Source of the DNA: Thermodesulfobacteriota bacterium
GTDB taxonomy: Bacteria > Desulfobacterota > Desulfobacteria > Desulfobacterales > C00003060
Length of the DNA stretch: 64,000 nt
NCBI GenBank assembly: GCA_034189385.1
Contig: JAXHVD010000010.1
Location: forward strand, 84,794 to 148,793
Direction of reading: 5' to 3'
The notes beneath the pieces were generated by a model, which saw nothing but the letters and a program-made list of their open reading frames with translations, had not been told where the DNA came from and did no database searches. Shown in pieces: positions 9,407 through 17,055 of this stretch; position 1 is the first letter of the stretch; each line of letters opens with the position of its first letter. The position numbers were made by a program, and so were the translations under genes.

Positions 9407-10711
9407 TTAATCCTGCAAAACCCTGTCCCTTGCCGTCATGAGAATGATCCCCTGGCCCGGTCTCAATTCATATGAGAACGGCGTGGGGATGTAATCCATG
9501 GAATCTTCCGGAGAAAGGTCAACAAGAGGGGCCCCAGCCTGAACAAGCCCATGGAGGTCTTCTACCCAGAAATGCTGTCTGTTGTGTGCGTCCTTGTTGA
9601 GGATGATAAGTGACTCTTCTTGTGTCGTGGTGGAGGCTTTCCACATGAGCAACACATTCGGGTTGCCGTGGTTTAGCATCTCCGTAGGAGCCTCCTCTTG
9701 AAACACCGGATGCTCGGCCTTGATTTGGTTTACTCTCTTTAGAAAAGAGGTGAGATCAATGTCTGTTATCTCCCAGTCTGACGGCCTTGTGTTCACGACG
9801 TGGAGTTTTTTGCGAAAACCAAACTCAAAGCCCATGGGCATCATCACACCGGCCGAAAAAAGCGCTGAGAAAAAATAGCGCTGCTTGAGTCCTTCCAAGT
9901 TCCCGTTGACTTCTTCGCAAAGCCTGACCGTATCGTGGCTTTCCGGAAAGCCAATGGACGGGGCAACATCCCGCGTGAGGGCATATTGCTTCATGAGCCA
10001 GTGGCTATTGAAATCCCACCACTTGGAGCTGTTGAATATGTAATCGAAACCGGCCTTGGCGGTTTCTCTCGTCTGGTCTGGCTGGCATCCCAGGGTCTCT
10101 GCAAAGAAAAGGATATCTGGATCGGCCTCTTTTGTCTCACCGATGAGTCTTTCCCACATACTCTTGGGCACTTGATAGGCTGCGTCGCACCGAAATCCCT
10201 TAAAGCCCAGGCCGGTCAAGAATCTTATGACATTTAGATAGAACTCAACGAGCCCTTGCTTATCTCCCATGGCCCTGTGATCAAACTTTGCCAGATCTTT
10301 CCAGACCACCTTCTTCCCGTTCTCTTTACAAAAGGGGTGAACCACTTTCCCTTTGCCGTCCCATGCATACCATTCGGGGTGTAATGTAATGAGCTCTGAA
10401 TCTATGGAAGAGTGGTTTATCACCAGGTCCACCATCAACTTGATGCCCAGTTCTTCTGCCTTGGCGGCCATCTCCTTTACTTGTTCTTCAGGTGTCCTTT
10501 TGCTCCCTTTATCAACCAGAACAGGGTTGAAGGAAAAATAGTCTCTGATCGCGTAGACACTCCCCGACCTGCCTGGCAAGTGAATGGGGTTGACAAAGAC
10601 CCAGTTGAACCCCATCTCAGACGCCCTCAACAGGTGCTTCTCCCAATCTGAAAACCTTCCGGCCAACAAGGGGAACAAGTTGTAGATGATCATCTTCTCC
10701 GGTCGTTTCAT
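9407..10711 (-). CDS. GH13 alpha-amylase family protein (GlgE-like glucanotransferase/hydrolase)
   Basis: DLVINH, GFRCDAAY (nucleophile Asp), FFAETLG (acid/base Glu), ESHDT (third Asp). Confidence 0.85.
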   Translation of the reverse strand: MKRPEKMIIYNLFPLLAGRFSDWEKHLLRASEMGFNWVFVNPIHLPGRSGSVYAIRDYFSFNPVLVDKGSKRTPEEQVKEMAAKAEELGIKLMVDLVINHSSIDSELITLHPEWYAWDGKGKVVHPFCKENGKKVVWKDLAKFDHRAMGDKQGLVEFYLNVIRFLTGLGFKGFRCDAAYQVPKSMWERLIGETKEADPDILFFAETLGCQPDQTRETAKAGFDYIFNSSKWWDFNSHWLMKQYALTRDVAPSIGFPESHDTVRLCEEVNGNLEGLKQRYFFSALFSAGVMMPMGFEFGFRKKLHVVNTRPSDWEITDIDLTSFLKRVNQIKAEHPVFQEEAPTEMLNHGNPNVLLMWKASTTTQEESLIILNKDAHNRQHFWVEDLHGLVQAGAPLVDLSPEDSMDYIPTPFSYELRPGQGIILMTARDRVLQD

Positions 10712-10743
10712 GTTTTGTCTTCTTCCGTTTTTTGAGCCAACTC

Positions 10744-10949
10744 TATATCGGGCTGTTGCCCAAATCTCTTTTACCTTGTTCTGAGACGTTTTTTGACAAA
10801 TCTAAGGCTTGCTCCAGGCGCTTTCAAAACTCGCCCTTCAAGCTCAAGCACTTGAAATCGCTTGTCTTGCGCATCGCCAAGATTTGTCGGCAAAAAACGC
10901 CCCAACGAACCGGTCAAAGAGATTGCGGTTTGGGCAACATCCCGTATAT
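10744..10949. repeat. ~205-bp imperfect palindrome (MITE-like / long RNA hairpin)
   Basis: GTTGCCCAAA/TTTGGGCAAC, AATCTCTTT/AAAGAGATT, CGTTTTTTG/CAAAAAACG, GACAAATCT/AGATTTGTC and TTTCAA/TTGAAA arms pair in nested order. Confidence 0.8.
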
Positions 10950-11016
10950 GACCTGACCACTCATGCCCTCGTGAGAAATATCGGGCAGGACCTCTTAAAC
11001 AGGACAGCCCTCGGTT

Positions 11017-11832
11017 TTACGGACCGATGATCTCCCTGAGCCTGTTGCGCGCTTCTTTGAGAAGCGTAGGTGGTTCTGGCCACTGTTCCAATATGATGGA
11101 GCCTGAAAAGCCCCGCTCCTTCATGCGCTCGATAAACCCCTCTATGCCCGAAACGTCTTCCTTTGACGGGCCCGTGAAGAGTACCTGGTGACTGTCACGG
11201 TCTCCATAGTTTTCGTGGAGGTGAAGATGGATGACCCGGACCGCAGGGTCGAGTAAATCCACAAACCTGAGGTAGTCATTTCGCGTTTCCTCGCACAGGT
11301 TGGCGTGCCCCAGATCCAGACACATCCCCACCTGTGCCATCGCCGCAGGCTCAAGGGCTCGGAGTCTGCCAAAGAAAGCATTCACATCTCCTGGGCCTGT
11401 TAAAGGGGTGTTCTCCACAGAGAGCCTCATGCCAGCTTCTGCAAAGGGCCTGAGGAACGGGATGATGGCCCGAACATAGGCATCGGCCCCCTGGTCAGCA
11501 TAAAGATGGATATTTAGGAGTGCGGCTCCGACATCAGTGGCAAAGGCGAGCGTTTCAAGGAGTCGTTCTCCCACACCGGATTCTAAGGGATTAAGCTGCC
11601 AAGGGGCATGCACGGAAAGACGGATATCGTGTTCAAGGGCCGTGCTCTTGATGTCTTGACGGGTCTTGGCATCAATGTCACGCTCTTCCCAACCTGCCCC
11701 GGATTCTTGTTTGTCTGGAAACCACTCGAAGGCGTCGAAACCATTGGCCACGGCAAACTCAAAAGGCCCTGTGATGGTTGCCGCTGAGAAGGCGCTCTGG
11801 TTGCCGATTCTGATACGGCAGGTCTCACCCAT
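11017..11832 (-). CDS. sugar phosphate isomerase/epimerase / AP-endonuclease-2 TIM-barrel protein
   Basis: SVHAP, LNIH, SVEN, CLDLGHA, HLHLHEN..DSH, ILE metal ligands; its start overlaps the GWD stop (ATGGGTGA). Confidence 0.85.
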   Translation of the reverse strand: MGETCRIRIGNQSAFSAATITGPFEFAVANGFDAFEWFPDKQESGAGWEERDIDAKTRQDIKSTALEHDIRLSVHAPWQLNPLESGVGERLLETLAFATDVGAALLNIHLYADQGADAYVRAIIPFLRPFAEAGMRLSVENTPLTGPGDVNAFFGRLRALEPAAMAQVGMCLDLGHANLCEETRNDYLRFVDLLDPAVRVIHLHLHENYGDRDSHQVLFTGPSKEDVSGIEGFIERMKERGFSGSIILEQWPEPPTLLKEARNRLREIIGP

Positions 11833-14800
11833 CTTCAATTCCAACCTGAGAGCGTGTCTGAACGACCCAGTATCTGCCCCCGGCATAGGCCCCCTCAATG
11901 TCTTGGGCAGCACCCAAGGCCTGCTCGACCACTGTGCCGAGCCTGGCCACTGTGGCCAAGAACTCATGCTGAAAACCCTCGTCTCTCAGGAGCAACTCCT
12001 TCGTGTAATCCAGACACACCCTCCAGGGCCGTTGCAGCATGACAGTTTCGTAAAGGCCGGCACCGGCATACCCTGCCAGGTCTTCTCCATTTGAATCAGA
12101 ACGAAAGATGAGGCCCTTGCCAAAGAGCCCCGCACTCTTGCTCGGGAAAGCGACAATCCGTGGGGCGTCTGTACCCTTTTTGCAGGTAAAGCTCAAGGCC
12201 CTTCCAGGATCATTCCCCACCAATGTCTCTCCAAGGCCCGGCACGACTTCAGCAAACACTTCCCTCCTGTCTCCTGTAACGGGATGGACCGTATGGATCA
12301 CGAAGCTGTACTCGGCTTCAACCACCTTTTGAATGAGAACGGCCATGAAAAGATCCTCGTGGGGGATCTTTCTTGCCCTTCGGCTCAGATAGGCCCTTTC
12401 GTTCCACTTGGAGGCCCACACGCCTTTGATGCACGTCCACGCCCTTTGCCAGTCTTCAGGCCAAGACAGGCCGGCCTCTTCCATTACCAGACGAAGGGAC
12501 CCTGCCATCTTGTCCGGTTCCTTGAGGGCCATCACCGCCCTTCGGAGTTGATCAAGGACCCCCTGGACCTCCTCCTCTTGGTCTACCTTCCGGCGCAGGC
12601 CTTCATAGCGTCCTGAAATCTCCTTATTGCTCTCCTGAAAAAGGGCCCTTTCAAATACCCCAAAGGGGATGGCCACAGAGGCGGGGACATGGATCCACTC
12701 TGGCAACGCGCCCTTCAGGCGTTTCAGGTTGTTGGATTTACTTCCGACATTTTTCTCCCTAAAACCCTCTGCCAAGACTGCGTAAGAAGTAAAACTCGGT
12801 GGAACGATGCGTGGAAGCAGCGTCAGGCTCGAGGCCACAGGTCTTTCTGCCGCCCCACGTCCTTCCTTGATTTCCACACTACCTGCTGAATCGGTCCTCA
12901 GAGTGACCCAACGCCCCTTCAAGGATCTCAATTGCCTCAGGACCTCCTGGTCATAACAGGTGGCAAGAACAACATGGGCATTTCTGGCCCTGATAGCCAC
13001 GTGAGACACAATATCAGTGGTGTCCGCCGTAATGATGGCGGTGACCCCTTCGGGAATTTCCTCCTCTCCTGTCACTTTCTCTGAAACAATAACAGTGGGT
13101 TCAGAAAACTGTTTTGTCTGGATGGCCAGCAACCGGTCCACCACATGGACTCGCCCTGTCTCTCGGCCTGGACTGATGACCTGCCAATCACCCAGATGGG
13201 CCTTGTCTCGCAATATGGGATCCATTTGACGCACCAGTGATGACAAAACAAAGGCGGGCCTCCCCCGCACCACCTCTTCGGCAAAAAGGGAAACGGTCCA
13301 GGCGTCGGCGTGGAAGGCCTTGCCAAGAAGCGCTGCTTTGGATCTTAGGAGGTGGACATAGCCATCGATCATGGTGCCCAAGTAACGGCCGAGACGATCC
13401 AAAACAGCCTTGGCCTCCAGGGACCATTTTTCTCCAAGGCCGGAGACTTCTCTCAGGCGCTCCCACTGCCGCAGACAGTTTGTGAGCTCAACATCTTCGT
13501 TGGAAAGAAGGAGGTTTTCCATTACCATGGCAATCAATGCCACCAATTCCTCCACGCCCAGTCTTACATGGAGGTTCCGTTCCACCACAAGGCGCAAGTA
13601 ATCCTCCAAGGCAAGATCGAGGAACAGGAAGTCCCGCGCGTGCCCATGGCCTCCTTTCATGTGTGGCTTCAACCATTGACGTCCTTTCGTGATCTTTTCA
13701 ACCAGTGCGGTCACCGGGGCCTCCTGGTCTTGGTGCCACAGGAAGTCCATGAGATCTTGCATTGGTATGTCAAACAGATGTCTTGCCCCAGAAATAGCGG
13801 TCCCCAGATCGGTGCTGGAATGGACTTCTTTCAGAATCCCCAGAAACTGCCCGAAATCATGAATCAGGGCATCTTTCAGGTGGGGGATGAAATCTGGATG
13901 GGATCTGATAGGCCGCTCATAACCCTCCAGTCGCTCTCTTGTGACACCACCCTCTCTCAGGGTCCTGTAAAAGAGATCCAGGTTGCCATTGCTTTTCTGG
14001 AATTGGAGATAGGCCTCGCAAATCACCACGTCATCTGGGGTAGTATTGTTGTGAAGCTTCTGATGCCACTCTTCCATGAAGTGACCAGAAACTTCCTTGA
14101 TATGATGGCGATGCATGATATGCAGGACCTCATCCCGGACCCGTTGCCCTTGTCCGCCCCTTCCCATGGTTGTCAGTATGAGGCGAAGGAGCTCACGCTC
14201 TGTCGGCTCCTTGTTGTAGCGGTCTGCCAGCTTGACTGTCAGGCGATCCATGGCATGGCTGAGCTCCCTTGGCTTGGTGTTGTAGTGGCGCTGCCAGTCC
14301 AACTGCCTCATGGCCGAATAACGGAGCCATACAAAGATAAGGGCCAGGCCGTCAATATTGTTGCAGACCCTATCCAGAAGGTCGTAGCATAGATTGAAAC
14401 GGTGCATGAGTGTCCATGAATGGGGACTCATCTCTTTTTCAATGATCTCGTCAGCTAGACGGGCAAGGAGGGGATCGCCCAGGGAGGCTTCAAGGTCTGA
14501 AGGGACCATAATAGGAGTAAAGAAATTCCGGCCATGCTCTTTTGACCAGCGACCCGTTCGCGTCTCCTTGAGGACAAAGGACATGCCCACGGGAGCCTCT
14601 CGCTCACGAAACACCAGGCTCAGCTCCCGGTATTTGCCTTTGTCAACAAAGGGGCTCTGTGCGGCCTTTTCTTGAAACACAGTGGTGCCCTCAGGCCAAC
14701 ACGAAGATGGAGGCAGGGTCCATTGATGGCGGGATGGCGTTGCCAGGCCCCAGTGAAGAATCAATGGGCCGGGCAAATCTGTGATCAGCCTGACTTGATA

Positions 14801-15301
14801 CCCCTCTTCATCCTTGCTTACGGCAACAGCCACGAGAGCTTCACTTTCAAGCACGTGGATGTGTTCGTACAACAGGGGCTCCTCCTTTCCTTTGCTCATG
14901 AGGGTCCTCATGGCAGGCATGGATAACCTGTCAGGCCTTGGAATCTGTATTTGGTAGTTCGACCCGCCATTATTATCCCAGCGATCTTCTTCAGGAAAGA
15001 CAAGGGCGAAATCGATGAAGGAGAAGTCCATGGACCGATCCAGTCTGATAATGATCGTTCCCTGTCCATCCTTCCCCGAAAAGGGCGTCTGAAGGGCCCC
15101 TTTGTCAAATACCCTGCTCCCCTCAGGCCACACCGACTCTGGAGGCATTTGCCAGGCGGCTTCAGAATGAGATCTAAGTCCCCAGTGCAGCAAGCAGTTC
15201 TGATATGTCTCCATCTGCAGACAGACCTGTAGGCCGTCATCGGTGACGCCCTTTTCAACACGCAGCACCACGCCGCTTTTTGTAATGATTTCGTCTCCCA
15301 T
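11825..15301 (-). CDS. alpha-glucan water dikinase, plant GWD1-type, with tandem CBM45-like domains (~1158 aa)
   Basis: two LHWG..W..PP.S.WPEG..F...A.Q(T/S)PF repeats; LMHRFN; WLRYSAMRQLDW..YNTKPRE; GQRVRDE; EEWHQKLHNNTTPDD; DIVSHVAIRARN (His codon 13001-13003); VWASKWNERA; GLGETLVG; FRSDSNGEDLAGYAGAGLY. Confidence 0.92.
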   Translation of the reverse strand: MGDEIITKSGVVLRVEKGVTDDGLQVCLQMETYQNCLLHWGLRSHSEAAWQMPPESVWPEGSRVFDKGALQTPFSGKDGQGTIIIRLDRSMDFSFIDFALVFPEEDRWDNNGGSNYQIQIPRPDRLSMPAMRTLMSKGKEEPLLYEHIHVLESEALVAVAVSKDEEGYQVRLITDLPGPLILHWGLATPSRHQWTLPPSSCWPEGTTVFQEKAAQSPFVDKGKYRELSLVFREREAPVGMSFVLKETRTGRWSKEHGRNFFTPIMVPSDLEASLGDPLLARLADEIIEKEMSPHSWTLMHRFNLCYDLLDRVCNNIDGLALIFVWLRYSAMRQLDWQRHYNTKPRELSHAMDRLTVKLADRYNKEPTERELLRLILTTMGRGGQGQRVRDEVLHIMHRHHIKEVSGHFMEEWHQKLHNNTTPDDVVICEAYLQFQKSNGNLDLFYRTLREGGVTRERLEGYERPIRSHPDFIPHLKDALIHDFGQFLGILKEVHSSTDLGTAISGARHLFDIPMQDLMDFLWHQDQEAPVTALVEKITKGRQWLKPHMKGGHGHARDFLFLDLALEDYLRLVVERNLHVRLGVEELVALIAMVMENLLLSNEDVELTNCLRQWERLREVSGLGEKWSLEAKAVLDRLGRYLGTMIDGYVHLLRSKAALLGKAFHADAWTVSLFAEEVVRGRPAFVLSSLVRQMDPILRDKAHLGDWQVISPGRETGRVHVVDRLLAIQTKQFSEPTVIVSEKVTGEEEIPEGVTAIITADTTDIVSHVAIRARNAHVVLATCYDQEVLRQLRSLKGRWVTLRTDSAGSVEIKEGRGAAERPVASSLTLLPRIVPPSFTSYAVLAEGFREKNVGSKSNNLKRLKGALPEWIHVPASVAIPFGVFERALFQESNKEISGRYEGLRRKVDQEEEVQGVLDQLRRAVMALKEPDKMAGSLRLVMEEAGLSWPEDWQRAWTCIKGVWASKWNERAYLSRRARKIPHEDLFMAVLIQKVVEAEYSFVIHTVHPVTGDRREVFAEVVPGLGETLVGNDPGRALSFTCKKGTDAPRIVAFPSKSAGLFGKGLIFRSDSNGEDLAGYAGAGLYETVMLQRPWRVCLDYTKELLLRDEGFQHEFLATVARLGTVVEQALGAAQDIEGAYAGGRYWVVQTRSQVGIEDG

Positions 15302-15449
15302 CTCATTAGAGCAAAGGTGTTCGCAGGGTGCACCCCATCCACCCTTGATGACGCCGGTATCCCTCAGGCATCCTCTCTTTCCTGCAGGCTTTAGACATTT
15401 AGCATAGGTGTTCTCAACAAATTTGGGCAAGGCTCCTAAGAGTACATCT

Positions 15450-15528
15450 GCCCACAGGCAATTGAATTTGGAAACGTCTGAAACTCCCTCAGGAGTGAGC
15501 CATTTTCACATTGAACCGCCTGTGGCCC
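15450..15528. repeat. imperfect inverted repeat between the divergent GWD and His-rich/CooT units
   Basis: CCACAGGCAATTGAATTTGGAAA ... TTTTCACATTGAACCGCCTGTGG. Confidence 0.55.
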
Positions 15529-15685
15529 TAAGTTTTTGAGGACTTACTAGCATAGTCATCAAGTTGCCAACATGCAAGAAATTTGACAGGGTTGACAATG
15601 ATGACAGCGGCCTGCAACACAGCACAACAGCGGCAATATCAGACAGAAAAACACCCAAAACACGGGCAAGCCGCGCCATTTTCGT

Positions 15686-15714
15686 TTGACAGGATCGTGG
15701 TGGGAGCCTATAGT
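15686..15714 (+). promoter_or_regulatory. near-consensus sigma70 promoter for the His-rich peptide and cooT
   Basis: TTGACA (15686-15691), 17 bp spacer, TATAGT (15709-15714). Confidence 0.75.
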
Positions 15715-15752
15715 TGCATAGTCCATGATCTAGACACTGTAAGGAGGGTCCC

Positions 15753-15926
15753 ATGTGCAAATGTTGTTCAACCGGAAAGGGTGCCGGGAGGAAAAGACAC
15801 TACGAGTTCCTCCATGACCATGGAACTGACGGTGCTGGCCACGACCATGAACACGACCATGAACATCATCACAGTGACGGCGAAGACCCCAAGGGGATGG
15901 TAGCTCCCGTGCCTGGAGAAAAATAG
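15753..15926 (+). CDS. 57-aa His/Cys-rich putative nickel-binding peptide (missing from the ORF track)
   Basis: MCKCCSTGKGAGRKRHYEFLHDHGTDGAGHDHEHDHEHHHSDGEDPKGMVAPVPGEK; AAGGAGG RBS; promoter upstream; followed by cooT. Confidence 0.78.
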   Translation: MCKCCSTGKGAGRKRHYEFLHDHGTDGAGHDHEHDHEHHHSDGEDPKGMVAPVPGEK

Positions 15927-15980
15927 GGGCTGCACCGGGAATAGAGGCACGCAGGTGCCTTCACCCTGGAGGACAGTATC

Positions 15981-16175
15981 ATGTGTGAGGCGAATGCGTA
16001 TCTTGTAAAAGATGGCAAGGAAGAGCTTTTTCTTGCGGCCATTGATACCGTAGAACCTGACAATGGAAATCTGCGCCTTACGACCATATTCGGCGAACAG
16101 AAGTTCATCAAGGGAAGGATCAGCCGTCTCGCCCTTGTGGATCACAAGGTCATTATCGAACAGACAGAGGAATAG
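15981..16175 (+). CDS. cooT: CooT family nickel-binding protein
   Basis: MCEANAY...IFGEQK...LVDHKVII, with conserved Cys2 and C-terminal His; GGAGG RBS. Confidence 0.88.
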   Translation: MCEANAYLVKDGKEELFLAAIDTVEPDNGNLRLTTIFGEQKFIKGRISRLALVDHKVIIEQTEE

Positions 16176-16974
16176 AAAACCCTCCTTTTTCTAGACCCTT
16201 TTCTAAAAAGCCGCCAAGGTCTCCATCCCCCCAGATACCCAAGCGGGTCAGAGAAAAATCATACTTGACCGGGTCCTGCGGGGCCACGGCCCTGAAACCT
16301 TTCGTGATCTCCATGGCTGTTCGCATGTCTGCCTGTCTCCGTCTTGTGAATCCAGCCCCAAGACCTATTCTGTGCATATGCGTATCCACAGGAATAACGA
16401 GTTTTGATGGAGATATCTCCTCCCATCCGCCAGGATCCACTTCGTCTTGCCGCACCACCCACCTCAGGAACAGGTTCAGTCGTTTGCAGGCACTCCCTTT
16501 CTCTGGAGATGGAACCAGATGATGCACGGGACCGTCAGCACTTGCCGTCAATTTCTTCGCGAAGGCACAAAGGGCTGGAAGTATCGTATCGTCGTCATCA
16601 TGCAAGCCTTCTGCAAAACAGGTATGGAGATAGCCGTAACGTTTCAGAACCCTTTTGATACCGACTAGCATGGCACAAAGGTTCTCGTCTGTGGTGAAAC
16701 GATGCTTGAAGCCCGAAAAAGTCCGGCGAATTGTTTCAGGAGAGGCCTTATTCAGAAAAACCCGCGGACCAGGCGTCATCCGTTCAAGCACACGGACGAC
16801 GCTCTTGCAAATTTGAGATACCCTTCCATAGGCAAGGGACGAGGCGACAAATGCCACGATTTCACGGTCGCAAAGGGCTCCGTAAGGGTAAAGAAACTCC
16901 AGAGGGTCAGGATGGACATGCTCGCGCCGATTGTATCGCCTGTAAAGGGTCTCAAAGACATCGTCGATGATCAT
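16153..16974 (-). CDS. TIGR02757/DUF2400 family protein (HhH-GPD-like)
   Basis: HPDPLEF, LAYGRV, FKHRF, SACKRLNLFLRWVVR, DPGGW, PVDTH, DPVKYDFSL; start uncertain. Confidence 0.85.
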   Translation of the reverse strand: MIIDDVFETLYRRYNRREHVHPDPLEFLYPYGALCDREIVAFVASSLAYGRVSQICKSVVRVLERMTPGPRVFLNKASPETIRRTFSGFKHRFTTDENLCAMLVGIKRVLKRYGYLHTCFAEGLHDDDDTILPALCAFAKKLTASADGPVHHLVPSPEKGSACKRLNLFLRWVVRQDEVDPGGWEEISPSKLVIPVDTHMHRIGLGAGFTRRRQADMRTAMEITKGFRAVAPQDPVKYDFSLTRLGIWGDGDLGGFLEKGLEKGGFSIPLSVR

Positions 16975-17055
16975 CTTCTCCCACACCTCAAAAGGGACCT
17001 GTTCACGGGCCCGCCGCAGGCAGTCGCTCTGGAACAGGTACAGCACAGCTGGTCA

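Noticed and set aside
15810..15875. short tandem repeat (GACCATGAACAC) as a possible CRISPR array or VNTR
   Set aside because: It is the His-Asp/His-Glu codon run of the His-rich peptide; there are no spacers or cas genes
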